64,000 bases of DNA from Candidatus Nezhaarchaeales archaeon (GCA_038887515.1 JAWAKK010000002.1:76989-140988), one strand, 5' to 3'. Positions 10,163 through 20,844 are shown, counted from the stretch's first letter. The notes: generated from the sequence alone by a model not told the origin. Numbers and translations: made by a program.

Positions 10163-11388
10163 GTCACCAACAGGTGAACTTCCACCTCTTCGCCTTCATT
10201 CAAAGAGTCTACATCCTCTGGTACTACTATGTATCCTTGAGCGCCGCATAGAGATGAAATTATGCTAGATCCTCCACTAGCTATTGGTTCAGCCTCTAAC
10301 TCGCCGTTGGACTCCCTTAGCTGAACTCTAACATAAACTCTCCTTCCAACTTCAGCCGGTATCCTCCTCTTTAATCGAGCTTTAACTTTGCATTTAATTG
10401 TCCTCTTTAAATTGTACATGCGCTCTATGAGTGGTGCAACTATCTCTATAAAGGAGAAGAAGCAGGCTACAGGGGGCCCAGGTAGGCAGAAAACTGGCTT
10501 ACCTTTTACATTAAAAGCTGCAACGGGCATCCCAGGCTTCATTGCTACGCCATGGAAAAGCACATCTCCTTCTCTTGATAGCGTACGAGGTATTATATCC
10601 GTAGGTCCTACCGATGAACCTCCGATGAATATTATGACGTCAGAGCTCTTGAGACCATACCGGAGAGCTCCAAGTACTTCTACATCTGAGGAAGGGATGG
10701 GCGACTTAGGATAGATGAGTGGGTGAGAGAAGAACTTCTTTACTAGCCCGTATACTATGTAGCTTGAAGAGTCGTATATAGCATAATTGCTTAAATGGTC
10801 TCCAGGTCTTATGACCTCTTCTCCACTGCTTACTATCAAAACCTTTATCCTTTCGTAGACTGGGATTTTCGTTAACCCGCAAGAGGCAGCGATTCCCATG
10901 TGCTGAGGGGTAATAACCTCGCCTCTCTCGACTATGACGTCGCCCTTCTTCACGTCCTCGCCTTTAACTGATACGTTTTTTAGTGGTGGTATAGGCTCTT
11001 CGACTTCGATGAAGCCATTGCGCTCTAAAGCCGCTTCCAACATCACGACCGAGTCGAAGCCTTCAGGTATAGGTTGTCCAGTCGTCACCCTAATTGCGAT
11101 AGGTTCCTGAACGTTCCCTAATGATGCCTCATACTCTTTCATAACCCTAAACTTCTTGGGGTTAGAGCGAGAGGCACTAAAAGTCATCTCGGCTTTAATG
11201 GCGAAGCCGTCAACAGCTGATCTATTAAAAGGAGGCACATCTATTGGTGCTACTACGTCAGATGATGCAATCCTTCCGTAAGATAGTTCTAGTGGCAAGT
11301 TCACGCTCGATGGTTCTAAGTTCTTAAAGCTCTCCAACAAAATTGACACAGCTTCAGGGACTCTTATAAGTTTCTTAAAGCCTCGCAT
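10159..11388 (-). CDS. moeA: Molybdopterin molybdo/tungsto-transferase MoeA (second paralog)
   Basis: PPFNRSAVDGFA, TTGQPIPEG, GGSSVG, MKPGMP, LPGPP. Confidence 0.95.
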   Translation of the reverse strand: MRGFKKLIRVPEAVSILLESFKNLEPSSVNLPLELSYGRIASSDVVAPIDVPPFNRSAVDGFAIKAEMTFSASRSNPKKFRVMKEYEASLGNVQEPIAIRVTTGQPIPEGFDSVVMLEAALERNGFIEVEEPIPPLKNVSVKGEDVKKGDVIVERGEVITPQHMGIAASCGLTKIPVYERIKVLIVSSGEEVIRPGDHLSNYAIYDSSSYIVYGLVKKFFSHPLIYPKSPIPSSDVEVLGALRYGLKSSDVIIFIGGSSVGPTDIIPRTLSREGDVLFHGVAMKPGMPVAAFNVKGKPVFCLPGPPVACFFSFIEIVAPLIERMYNLKRTIKCKVKARLKRRIPAEVGRRVYVRVQLRESNGELEAEPIASGGSSIISSLCGAQGYIVVPEDVDSLNEGEEVEVHLLVT

Positions 11389-11450
11389 GCTTATACCCTG
11401 TCGAGACTTCTAAAGTTTAAATAAACTTGTTATAAATAAAGTACCTACTT

Positions 11451-12002
11451 ATGAAAATAATTGTTGCAATAACTGGCGCTAGTGGAGTAGTATATGGCGT
11501 AAGGTTAATAGAAGAGCTTCACAAAAGAGGGCACGAAGTTCACGTAATAGTTACTAAAGCTGGGGGCTTAGTTTTAAAGCATGAAGTAGGGATCGACTTG
11601 CAGGGACTTAAGGACTTCTGCCGTAAAATTTACAGTGAAGGGGAAATAGAGGCCCCTATGTCGAGCGGTTCATCTCGCTTCGACGCAATGGTGATAGCTC
11701 CTTGTAGCATGAAAACCCTCGCCTCAATAGCAAGCGGAATTTCTAGCAACCTCGTCACGAGGGCCGCAGACGTTATTTTAAAGGAAAGAAAGAAACTGAT
11801 ACTAATTATAAGGGAAACCCCCCTTAATAGGGTCCACATATTAAATATGTTGAGGGTAAACGACATGGGGGGTATTGTTCTTCCAGCATGCCCGGCTTTC
11901 TACCACAAGCCTACACGCATCGACGACCTTGTTAACTATGTAGTTGGAAAGACTTTAGACCAACTTGGATTAGAGCACGACTTATTCTCACGGTGGGGTT
12001 GA
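11451..12002 (+). CDS. ubiX: Flavin prenyltransferase UbiX
   Basis: [37 protein letters not shown]. Confidence 0.96.
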   Translation: MKIIVAITGASGVVYGVRLIEELHKRGHEVHVIVTKAGGLVLKHEVGIDLQGLKDFCRKIYSEGEIEAPMSSGSSRFDAMVIAPCSMKTLASIASGISSNLVTRAADVILKERKKLILIIRETPLNRVHILNMLRVNDMGGIVLPACPAFYHKPTRIDDLVNYVVGKTLDQLGLEHDLFSRWG

Positions 12003-12110
12003 ACGTGACAGTAACATTTTTTCAGTACTGCCTAAGGATCCGCCAATATTTTAAATCCTTCTCGTCAGTAAGAGATCTACTTGAAACTGTTGTGAGGGGC
12101 TCATTTAATT

Positions 12111-12368
12111 ATGGCTAGAGTTAAGCTATACGTTTCTCCTCAATGCCCTCGATGTGAAGTACTTAAGAAGGCTCTAAGTGAGATGGGAGTGGACTACGAA
12201 GTGCTCGACGTATCAAGGAGCGACGTAATGGCCGACTTGATAATGAAAGACGTATTCTTGACGGAGACCCCCGGACTTGAGGTCGACGGCAAGTTCTTCT
12301 ACGCAGTGGATCTCTTTAATGGTGATAAGTTACTCCTTGATAAGTTGCGTAAAGTAGTTAGGGGATGA
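12111..12368 (+). CDS. Glutaredoxin/NrdH-like redoxin
   Basis: CPRC motif near the N-terminus, 85 aa, immediately upstream of nrdD. Confidence 0.8.
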   Translation: MARVKLYVSPQCPRCEVLKKALSEMGVDYEVLDVSRSDVMADLIMKDVFLTETPGLEVDGKFFYAVDLFNGDKLLLDKLRKVVRG

Positions 12369-12371
12369 TTT

Positions 12372-14654
12372 ATGGCGTCAAGGAGGAACAATAAGAAGCC
12401 AAATTTTATGTCCAAGCAAGCTTCTCTCGAAGCATGGCTTAAAGCAGTCTCGCACTACGTTGCTGGTAAGCCCCTAGTTAGGACAACTGATGGATACATG
12501 GTTCCTTGGAATAGAGGTGCAATAGTTAAGCAATTATTAAGAGAAACTAAGTTGGCTGAAGAGTTCTTCGATATCCCGCCCATGAGCACTGAAGAGGCTG
12601 AAGAAATAGCTCGTGAAGTCGAGAAGAAAATCCTTGAAATGAAAGCAAAATTCGTTAGTGGAGCCTTAATAAGGGAACTTGTCAACAACGTTTTACTCGA
12701 AAAATCAGAAAATCACCCTGAATACATCATATACAGAAACATCCTAACTAGGGTAGGCGCTCCAGTCTACGACGCTTACCTCATAGATTTGGGTCTCGGT
12801 TTTGAGGCTAAAGAAAATGCTAACCTACAACCTAACGCCGAGACTGCGCATAAGAAAAAAGCTGATAAATTATCTAAAGAAGAGTACTTATTGCTCTTAC
12901 ATCCGAAGGTCGGCGACGCTCACCTCAAAGGCGACATTCATATACACGATCTCGAGTACTTCGGCGTAAGACCGTTTTGCCAGGACTGGGACCTTAGATA
13001 CTTCTTCTATTACGGGCTTATGCCCGATGGTACTGGCTTTAAGACGAGCGTTGCTGGTCCAGCTATGCACCCCGAAGTGGCAATACTTCACAGTGTGAAA
13101 GTGCTTGCAGCGGCTCAAACGAACTTTGCTGGGGGGCAAGGATTCTACAACTACAACGTCTTCATAGCCCCCTTCTTGAGGGGCTTAAGCTATAAACAGA
13201 TTAAACAGCTCGCGCAAATGATGTTTTACGAGCTAACGCAAGCCTATGTAGCTAGAGGAGGGCAATTAGTCTTTTCAAACATTCAGCTAACGCCGACAGT
13301 CCCTGAAATCTGGAAGGACAAGCCTGTAGTCCTACGAGGTATGGTGGGGCCAGAGACTTACGGAGACTACGAGGAGGAAGCTAGGTTATTCTTTAAAGCG
13401 ATATATGAAATAGCGTTAAAGGGGGACTATTGGGGTAAACCCTTCAATTTTCCAAAGCTAGAGGGCTACCTTACACCTGAGAGCCTTAAAGATGAGTTCT
13501 ATGAAGAGTGGCTTTTAGTTCACAAGGTAGTTGCCAAATATGGGACCCCTTACTTTGACAATGCGATCCCGCCCTATCGAGGATATGGGAAAGGCGTTTC
13601 ATGCTATCAATGTTGTGCTTACACGTTTACCGAGACCCCTGAAACGGACCCAGAATTCTACGATAAGATGAACTTTGTTGATGGAAAGCACTTCAGCATG
13701 GGTGCATGGCAGGTAGTAACTGTAAACCTACCTAGGCTCGCTTATCAAGCTAATGGAGACGACGACAAGTTATTGGAAAAAGCCTTCGAAATTATGGATC
13801 TATGCATAGAAGTGTTTAAGGCTAAAAAAAGATGGATGGACAACATGATCCAATACAATAAACTCCCCTTCGCCACTCAAAGACCTTTCGACCTCAGGAC
13901 TGGTAGAAGGGGACCTCCAGCAGTAGACTTCGACGAACTCGTATATACCATAGGCATAGTTGGCGGAAATGAGATGGCGCAGTGGCATACAGGATATCAG
14001 CTACACGAACATGAAACAGCCGTAAGGCTACTAGTTAAGGTGCTCATAGAGATGAAGAAATACAAGGACGAACTTGAAAGGAAGCACGATGTAAAGCTAG
14101 CCCTCGCTAGAACTCCGGCTGAAAGTTGTGCCCAACGCTTAGCGGTTAGCGATTTATTATCGCCCCAATATAGAGATAAAGCCCTACGCGTTGTCAAGGG
14201 TGATGTGGAGACCGCACTGAAACTACTGAAAGAAGGGATTAGAGATGTTCCAATATACTACACAAATGGAACCCATATCTATGTAGGTGCTCCAGTAACC
14301 TTAGCAGAGAAAATGAGCATAGAACATAAGTTCTTCCCGCTATTAAGTGGAGGTAACATATTCCACGTATGGATGGGAGAAGCATATCCAGACCCAGAGG
14401 CTCTACTCAAGCTTTCATGGAAGATAGCTTTGAATACGCAGATAGGTTACTTCGCCTATACTAAGGATCTAACGATATGTGAAGACTGCGCTAGTGTAAG
14501 TGGAGGGCTCCTCGATGTTTGCCCTCAATGTAACTCACCTAATGTTAGGTATTGGAGCAGGGTAACCGGGTACTACCAGGAAGTCTCTGGATGGAATGAA
14601 GCTAAAAAAAGAGAGCTGAGAGACAGGCATAGAATCGGTATTTTATCGATTTAA
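12372..14654 (+). CDS. nrdD: Anaerobic (class III) ribonucleoside-triphosphate reductase with ATP cone
   Basis: HIHDL, PFCQDW, CYQCC, C-terminal CEDC...CPQC zinc site and SRVTGY glycyl-radical motif. Confidence 0.96.
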   Translation: MASRRNNKKPNFMSKQASLEAWLKAVSHYVAGKPLVRTTDGYMVPWNRGAIVKQLLRETKLAEEFFDIPPMSTEEAEEIAREVEKKILEMKAKFVSGALIRELVNNVLLEKSENHPEYIIYRNILTRVGAPVYDAYLIDLGLGFEAKENANLQPNAETAHKKKADKLSKEEYLLLLHPKVGDAHLKGDIHIHDLEYFGVRPFCQDWDLRYFFYYGLMPDGTGFKTSVAGPAMHPEVAILHSVKVLAAAQTNFAGGQGFYNYNVFIAPFLRGLSYKQIKQLAQMMFYELTQAYVARGGQLVFSNIQLTPTVPEIWKDKPVVLRGMVGPETYGDYEEEARLFFKAIYEIALKGDYWGKPFNFPKLEGYLTPESLKDEFYEEWLLVHKVVAKYGTPYFDNAIPPYRGYGKGVSCYQCCAYTFTETPETDPEFYDKMNFVDGKHFSMGAWQVVTVNLPRLAYQANGDDDKLLEKAFEIMDLCIEVFKAKKRWMDNMIQYNKLPFATQRPFDLRTGRRGPPAVDFDELVYTIGIVGGNEMAQWHTGYQLHEHETAVRLLVKVLIEMKKYKDELERKHDVKLALARTPAESCAQRLAVSDLLSPQYRDKALRVVKGDVETALKLLKEGIRDVPIYYTNGTHIYVGAPVTLAEKMSIEHKFFPLLSGGNIFHVWMGEAYPDPEALLKLSWKIALNTQIGYFAYTKDLTICEDCASVSGGLLDVCPQCNSPNVRYWSRVTGYYQEVSGWNEAKKRELRDRHRIGILSI

Positions 14655-14665
14655 CAAAACTTCCT

Positions 14666-15067
14666 TTACTCCATGTACTTCATTATTAAGTGTTCTATGC
14701 GTCTTTCAGGCACTAAGCCAACTACGCGCTCCATTTCGTTACCGTTTACGAACAATACTAGCGTTGGTATTGCCATTATCTCAAACTCCTCGGCGAGGTC
14801 TGGACACTCATCGACGTTGACCTTGGCGAAGATTACTTTGCCTGAATATTTTTCAGCTAACTTATCAATTATCGGAGATAAAAGACGGCAGGGTGCACAC
14901 CACTCAGCCCAGAAGTCAACGAGCACGGGTCTAGCTTCGCTCCTTATGAGATCTTTAAAGGTTGCGGAGTTTAAGTGTAAAACTTTGCCTTCATGAGCTT
15001 TTTTCTCTAAAAATTTCATTTTTTCCTCTTTTATCCTCTCAAGCTCTTCGTCGAATTCGTAATTCAT
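14666..15067 (-). CDS. trxA: Thioredoxin
   Basis: VDFWAEWCAPC, IMAIPTL. Confidence 0.95.
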   Translation of the reverse strand: MNYEFDEELERIKEEKMKFLEKKAHEGKVLHLNSATFKDLIRSEARPVLVDFWAEWCAPCRLLSPIIDKLAEKYSGKVIFAKVNVDECPDLAEEFEIMAIPTLVLFVNGNEMERVVGLVPERRIEHLIMKYME

Positions 15068-15162
15068 TTTTTCTCCATGGGAGGAGTCGTGGAACTCATT
15101 ATTCAGTTTTTCGCAGGATTTATTATTGAAGAAGGGGTTGCTCTTATGGGGGTTTAAGAGGC

Positions 15163-16053
15163 TTGAAGCTAGCCGTCGTCCATGACAGTAAGAGACCCGA
15201 TCTCCCCTCTAGAGAGCTATTGGATGTAATTAAGAAGAAGGGTCTAACTCCACTGTTTTTGAGAATCTCAAGCTTATCGACTTCAATAAACGGTGAACAA
15301 GCTATCTTTTATGGTAAACAAAAATTATCAGACATCGATGGAGCCATCGTTAGATCTATAGGTTCGACAATAAGTGTTGAACAATACGTTCGCAGAATAA
15401 CGCTATTAAAGGAGATCGAACGGATGGGCGTAGTAGTTATGAACCCAGTTGAGGGAATGGTTAAGGCACGCGACAAGTACAACGCTCTCAGCATCCTTTC
15501 GAGTGCAGGAATACGCGTTCCCAGGACTATAGTAACAGAAGATATAGGGCTCGCTTACGATTTTGTCAGCAAAATTGGTAAAGCAGTTATAAAACCCCTC
15601 ATGGGGTCCAGAGGTTATGGATCTGTGCTTGTCGAAGACCCAGAGGTAGCCTTTAGAATCTTTAAGACCTTGGCGAGTTTTAATCAAGTTATTTACGCTC
15701 AAGAATACATAGACAAAAGCTCCTACGATGTGAGAATATTCGTTGTGGATGGGGAGGTCCTAGCATCTATAAAGAGATTTATTGCAAGACCGGGTGAGTG
15801 GCGTACAAACATAGCTCAGGGAGGAAGGGCTAAAGCGTATAGCCCGCCTGAAGAACTTAGAGAGGTGGCCATAAAAGCATGTGAGGTTCTTGGTCTATGG
15901 TATGCAGGGGTTGACGTAGCTGAAACCGATAACGGCGGATACGTCATATTTGAGGTCAACGCTGCTCCCGATTGGCAAGGACTCTCAGAAGCAACAGGTG
16001 TTAAGCCCCCCGAAGCAATAGTAGACCTGATAATAAGAAAATGCAAGCATTAA
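15163..16053 (+). CDS. RimK/LysX/CofF-family ATP-grasp amino-acid (glutamate) ligase
   Basis: VIKPLMGSRGYG, YAQEYI, DVRIFVV, WRTNIAQGG, FEVNAAP. Confidence 0.9.
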   Translation: MKLAVVHDSKRPDLPSRELLDVIKKKGLTPLFLRISSLSTSINGEQAIFYGKQKLSDIDGAIVRSIGSTISVEQYVRRITLLKEIERMGVVVMNPVEGMVKARDKYNALSILSSAGIRVPRTIVTEDIGLAYDFVSKIGKAVIKPLMGSRGYGSVLVEDPEVAFRIFKTLASFNQVIYAQEYIDKSSYDVRIFVVDGEVLASIKRFIARPGEWRTNIAQGGRAKAYSPPEELREVAIKACEVLGLWYAGVDVAETDNGGYVIFEVNAAPDWQGLSEATGVKPPEAIVDLIIRKCKH

Positions 16054-16562
16054 TTTCCTTCTAAAAACTTCTCGTTGATTGTAATGAAGTTAGGTCCCCA
16101 CTTAAATACTGAAAGTAGTCCTTTTGCTTGATCCTTAAAACCTAGTATATAGAGCGATGCGGCCAAGGCTTCTACCGTCGATAATACATAGGGGTTACCG
16201 AAATTGACTGGATTTACGGCTATTAATCTCGGCAATTTTCTATGAAGTCCCTTAATCTTAACCTTGCTGAAGAAGTCTTCAGCGCTCTTCCACGAGCAAT
16301 CTACTGCTAATATACCTTGCTTTAAGGCAGTCTCTCTATCCTTAAACGATAAACAATCCTTCGCTAAAGGGTTCAAGACTATGCAGCCGCGAGGAGCGTC
16401 TCTCACTCTATATATTGGTTTTACTAAGCTAAACTTAGCTAGCTTATTAGCTGTACACTTTTCTGGATCGCATTCTTCAACCATTAGAACATAAATCTTT
16501 ACTCCGCGTTGCTCGTTCATCGATGAAAACCTTCGATCAAAAACATATAAACTATGCTCCAA
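16050..16562 (-). CDS. tsr3: rRNA aminocarboxypropyltransferase Tsr3
   Basis: ECDPEKCTANKL, VDCSW, RKLPRLIAVNPVNFG, LSTVEA, FKWG; true start probably a few codons in. Confidence 0.93.
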   Translation of the reverse strand: MEHSLYVFDRRFSSMNEQRGVKIYVLMVEECDPEKCTANKLAKFSLVKPIYRVRDAPRGCIVLNPLAKDCLSFKDRETALKQGILAVDCSWKSAEDFFSKVKIKGLHRKLPRLIAVNPVNFGNPYVLSTVEALAASLYILGFKDQAKGLLSVFKWGPNFITINEKFLEGN

Positions 16563-16604
16563 TTACTAATTATTATTCAAACCCTTCAGGGGGAGGACAA
16601 TAAT

Positions 16605-17864
16605 TTGTCGGAGTTTGAGTTCCTGACCTTAGATGATGTCGAACTCGAGGATAAGAGGGTATTGGTAAGAGTCGACATAAACTCTCCGATAGGACCTAGA
16701 GGAGAGATACTCGACGAGAACAGGATAAAAGAAGCCAGCGTCACCTTAAGGGAACTTAAAGAAAGTAAGGTAGTCGTGATATCGCATCAGGGTAGGCCCG
16801 GCAAAAGTGACTTCGTCTCTCTAGAAAGGCACGCCGCCATTTTAGAGAAATACGTTGGAAGGCCGGTGAAGTTCATAGACGACCTGATGGGACCGGCCGT
16901 GAGAGGCGAGGTCTCAAAGCTTAAGAACGGCGATGTACTATTGCTCGAAAATACTAGGATGTACTCTGAGGAAACCATAGAGGCGCCGATAGAGGAATGC
17001 GCCAAAACTTTTCTCGTACGAAAACTGAGCCCACTCTTCGATGTGTTTGTTAACGATGCTTTCCCGGCAGCACACAGATCTCAACCTTCACTGGTCGGTT
17101 TCGCTTACGTCCTCCCATCAGTTGCCGGGAGATTAGTCGAAAAAGAGCTCAAAGCTTTAAGGAGGATTATTCCCCAGCTCAAAAAGCCCATAGTCTACCT
17201 ACTTGGAGGTGCAAAGGTAGGAGACAGGTTAGAGGTTATTGAAACGTTGGCGAAGACAGGGCTTGTCGATAAGATTGTTATCGGGGGACTTTTAGCACCA
17301 GTATTTCTTGAAGCGAGTGGAATGAACCTCTCAAATAGTAATGTAAAGAAGAATAAGGAGTTTGAAGGTTACGTCGAAAGAGCTAGAAAGTTGTTACGGT
17401 GGAGAGAAGACGTATTTTTATTGCCCGTAGATGTAGCCGTCGATAAAAATGGTGAGAGGGTAGAGTATCCGGTCAATAGCATCCCGAGCGAATACAAAAT
17501 TAAAGACTTAGGAGTTAGGACCGTGGATAAGATAGTCGACGTAGTCTCTAGTGCCGGGAGCATAATTGCTAATGGTCCTCTAGGAGTCTTCGAAGAAGAG
17601 CCTTTCGCCGTAGCTACATTAGAGGTTCTAAAAGTGGTTTCGAAAAGTAATGCTGTAAGTATAATTAGCGGTGGACACTTAACTACGGCTCTTCGCAGGC
17701 TGAAAGCAGAAGATAAAGTTACTTATACGAGTACAGCTGGAGGGGCATTACTTCATCTGCTTGCTGGCAAGAGGTTACCAATAATAGATGCCCTTGAAAT
17801 AGGGAAAGCAAACGCAGAAAAGCTAAAGTTGATTAAGAGAAAGAAGGAGGAGAAAGGGCTGTGA
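16605..17864 (+). CDS. pgk: Phosphoglycerate kinase
   Basis: RVDINSP, SHQGRP, LLENTR, NDAFPAAHR, GGAKV, NGPLGVFE; TTG start after a GGAGG SD. Confidence 0.97.
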   Translation: MSEFEFLTLDDVELEDKRVLVRVDINSPIGPRGEILDENRIKEASVTLRELKESKVVVISHQGRPGKSDFVSLERHAAILEKYVGRPVKFIDDLMGPAVRGEVSKLKNGDVLLLENTRMYSEETIEAPIEECAKTFLVRKLSPLFDVFVNDAFPAAHRSQPSLVGFAYVLPSVAGRLVEKELKALRRIIPQLKKPIVYLLGGAKVGDRLEVIETLAKTGLVDKIVIGGLLAPVFLEASGMNLSNSNVKKNKEFEGYVERARKLLRWREDVFLLPVDVAVDKNGERVEYPVNSIPSEYKIKDLGVRTVDKIVDVVSSAGSIIANGPLGVFEEEPFAVATLEVLKVVSKSNAVSIISGGHLTTALRRLKAEDKVTYTSTAGGALLHLLAGKRLPIIDALEIGKANAEKLKLIKRKKEEKGL

Positions 17865-18895
17865 AGCCTAAAGTGAAGGTTTTAGTTAACGGCTACGGAG
17901 TTATAGGCAAGAGGGTTGCCGATGCCGTAGCTAAGCAAAACGACATGAAGCTTGTAGGGATATCGGATGTAGTTGCTGACTGGAGAGTTAAAATGGCTTC
18001 AAAGAAGGGTTATAAAATCTTTTGCTCTTCGCCTGAAAGGCTTGAGCATATGAAGAAGGGAGGAATAGAAGTCGAGGGACTGATGACTGATGCCCTAAAA
18101 GATGTAGACGTTGTAGTTGATTGTACCCCAGCCAAGGTAGGTGCTAGGAACAAGGAAATCTATGTAAAGTACAACGTAAAAGCAATATTTGAAGGCGGTG
18201 AAGCGCACGAAACAGCGGGAGTATCATTCGTTGCGACATGCAACTACCATGAAAGTCTAGGCAAACAGTTCACTAGGGTCGTTAGTTGCAATACTACTGC
18301 CCTCTGTAGGGTTCTCAATGCCTTAAAGAAGGCTTACCGGATCGTAAAGGCAAGGGCGGTAATAGTTAGAAGGGCTTGTGATGTATGGGAGTCGCATAAG
18401 TCCGGGATCATAAATACGATAGTCCCAGAGTTACACGTCCCATCACATCACGGCCCCGACGTTAAGACCGTCCTCCACGACGTGGACATAGTAACTATGG
18501 CCGCTAAGGGTTCTCACAACCTCTACCACATCCACTTCTGTATGATCGAATTAGAGGGCCAGCCAACCATCAGTGGAGTGTTGAAAGTCCTCGAAGAAGA
18601 GCCTCGAGTTATCTTAGTTAGCGGCCGTGACGGCGTGGAGGCATTGAACTCGATAGTGGAGCTGGCAAGGGATTTAGGGAGACCTCGAGGAGACCTTTAC
18701 GAGATACCCGTGTGGGAAGACGGAGTCTCAGTTAATGGTAACGAGGTATATTTAATGTGGGCTACCCCCAACGAATCTAACGTCATACCTGACAACATAG
18801 ATGCGATTAGGGCCCTAACCGAGCTAGAAAGTGATTGGAAAGTTTCCGTAAAGAAGACCGACGAGAGTCTAGGGGTCCTCAATAAATTATACTAA
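17861..18895 (+). CDS. gap: Glyceraldehyde-3-phosphate dehydrogenase (archaeal type II)
   Basis: [32 protein letters not shown]. Confidence 0.97.
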   Translation: MKPKVKVLVNGYGVIGKRVADAVAKQNDMKLVGISDVVADWRVKMASKKGYKIFCSSPERLEHMKKGGIEVEGLMTDALKDVDVVVDCTPAKVGARNKEIYVKYNVKAIFEGGEAHETAGVSFVATCNYHESLGKQFTRVVSCNTTALCRVLNALKKAYRIVKARAVIVRRACDVWESHKSGIINTIVPELHVPSHHGPDVKTVLHDVDIVTMAAKGSHNLYHIHFCMIELEGQPTISGVLKVLEEEPRVILVSGRDGVEALNSIVELARDLGRPRGDLYEIPVWEDGVSVNGNEVYLMWATPNESNVIPDNIDAIRALTELESDWKVSVKKTDESLGVLNKLY

Positions 18896-19396
18896 GGTAC
18901 TAGCTCTGCGTTTCTTTAAGTAGTTGACTAGACCTTCCTCCTTCAATATTTCCATCAACATACTTGGCATCGGAGTAGCCTTAAACGTTAGAGACCTCGT
19001 CAGGTTCTTGACTATACCTTGAGCCAAGTCTATTTCGATTAAGTCCCCTTCGTTCGTCTTCTCTGATATACCTCTGACCTCAAGAACTGGGAGACCTATA
19101 TTTATTGAATTTCTAAAGAAGATTCGTGCAAAGCTTTCTGCAACTACAGCAGCTATGCCCGCAGCCTTTATGGCTAATGGAGCTTGTTCCCTGCTAGATC
19201 CGCAACCAAAGTTCTTACCTGCAACTATTATATCGCCGGGCCTCACCTTTTTGGGAAACTCGGGGTCTACTCCTTCCATAACGTGTTGAGCAAGCTCCTT
19301 TGGATCAATAGTTCTAGCTTTGTACTTGAAGGGTATTATTACGTCGGTATCTATATTGTCGCCAAACTTCCAAGCAGTACCTCGAATCACATTCAT
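18887..19396 (-). CDS. leuD: Isopropylmalate/homoaconitate dehydratase small subunit
   Basis: [33 protein letters not shown]. Confidence 0.9.
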   Translation of the reverse strand: MNVIRGTAWKFGDNIDTDVIIPFKYKARTIDPKELAQHVMEGVDPEFPKKVRPGDIIVAGKNFGCGSSREQAPLAIKAAGIAAVVAESFARIFFRNSINIGLPVLEVRGISEKTNEGDLIEIDLAQGIVKNLTRSLTFKATPMPSMLMEILKEEGLVNYLKKRRASTLV

Positions 19397-20673
19397 AGGA
19401 AGTCCCTCGGATCAGCTATAGCACCTCTTATGGCTGACGCAGCAACTGTTGCTGGAGAAGCTAAATAAACTTTAGAGGTGGGATGCCCCATCCGGCCGAC
19501 AAAGTTCCTGTTACTTGAAGAAATAGCTACTTCGCCCTCACCTAAAATTCCTAGGTGGGTGCCAACGCATGCTCCGCATGTAGGGTTAGTCACTATTGCA
19601 CCTGATTCTAGGAGCGTTTCTATTATCCCGAGTCTTAGTGCTTCACGATAAACTTTCGTAGATGCCGGGGTTACTATGAGTCTAACACCCTCTTTGACCC
19701 TTCTCCCCGCAAGTATTTTAGCGGCCTCTATGAGGTCTTCGAGGCGACCATTCGTGCAACTACCTATGAAGGCTTGGTCTATAGGTGTTCCCTCTACTTC
19801 GGCTACTGATTTGACGTTATCTACTTTATGGGGAGTAGCCACGAGAGGTTCAAGTTTCGAGCAGTCTATGTGTATCTCGTCCTCCACTTCCGCTCTTCGG
19901 CCCGACCTCACTACAATGCTAGGACTCCTACCAACTTCGTTGAGATAACTTTCTGTGACGGAATCGTACTCTACCATGGCGTTCTTAGCTCCAGCTTCCA
20001 TACTCATGTTGCACAGCGTAGCTCTAGAAGCTACGGAGAGTCTTGAGATCACTTCCCCCCTCCATTCAATCGACTTGTAATTTGCACCATCGCTACCTAC
20101 GCTCCCTATGAAGCTTAGCGCTACGTCCTTGGCGTAGACACCTTTAGTTAAGTAGCCGTCGAGATAGACCCTTATAGTTGACGGCACTTTAAGCCATATA
20201 TTTCCTTCAAGCATTACTGCCGCAAGTTCTGTACTTCCTATACCTGTAGCGAACGCACCTAGAGCGCCATGAGTTGTGGTGTGAGAGTCCGCGCCCACTA
20301 TAAGCATTCCAGGCGTAGCGTAATCTTCAAGTATTACTTGGTGGATTATGCTACCTTCAACGACCCTTATGCCTTGCTTACGAGCAAAAACCCTCATCAT
20401 TTTATGGAGATTCGAGATCTCTGGTGATGATGATGGATACGTGTGATCTATAACAAATAGTATCTTGCTTGGATCCCAAACTCTTCCTCCCCCCATTTCT
20501 TCAAAGACTTTTATTGCGAGGGGGGTCGTGCCGTCTTGGCCAGCAGCCAAGTCCACTGAGACTACTGCGATCTCTCCAGATCTTTTCACGTTTCTCGAAT
20601 CGGTTTGCTTTATAGTTATGATCTTTTCCGCGAAAGTCAGGCCTTCATCGTTTAAAACCGTTTTTAAATCCAT
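19393..20673 (-). CDS. leuC: Isopropylmalate/homoaconitate dehydratase large subunit
   Basis: [40 protein letters not shown]. Confidence 0.92.
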   Translation of the reverse strand: MDLKTVLNDEGLTFAEKIITIKQTDSRNVKRSGEIAVVSVDLAAGQDGTTPLAIKVFEEMGGGRVWDPSKILFVIDHTYPSSSPEISNLHKMMRVFARKQGIRVVEGSIIHQVILEDYATPGMLIVGADSHTTTHGALGAFATGIGSTELAAVMLEGNIWLKVPSTIRVYLDGYLTKGVYAKDVALSFIGSVGSDGANYKSIEWRGEVISRLSVASRATLCNMSMEAGAKNAMVEYDSVTESYLNEVGRSPSIVVRSGRRAEVEDEIHIDCSKLEPLVATPHKVDNVKSVAEVEGTPIDQAFIGSCTNGRLEDLIEAAKILAGRRVKEGVRLIVTPASTKVYREALRLGIIETLLESGAIVTNPTCGACVGTHLGILGEGEVAISSSNRNFVGRMGHPTSKVYLASPATVAASAIRGAIADPRDFL

Positions 20674-20785
20674 AACTAGGCCCTCGCCTTGAGAAGGCAG
20701 ACATGTTATGAGAGGTCTAATACTTGCCGTATTTAAACCTTAATGTTGCCTTAGTGCTATGAGAAAGCGGACTAGAGGGTTATAT

Positions 20786-20844
20786 GGGTCAGCTCGTCGC
20801 GAGATCTTCATGTCTCAGTAGCCTGGGACGGCTTCTTCATCCCC
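20786..20844 (-). ncRNA. Box C/D 2'-O-methylation guide sRNA overlapping the 3' end of the Pop5 gene
   Basis: Minus strand: GGG-G-ATGAAGA(C)-agccgtcccaggcta-CTGA(D')-gac-ATGAAGA(C')-tctcgcgacgag-CTGA(D)-CCC; terminal GGG/CCC stem, correct box order and spacing. Confidence 0.82.
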
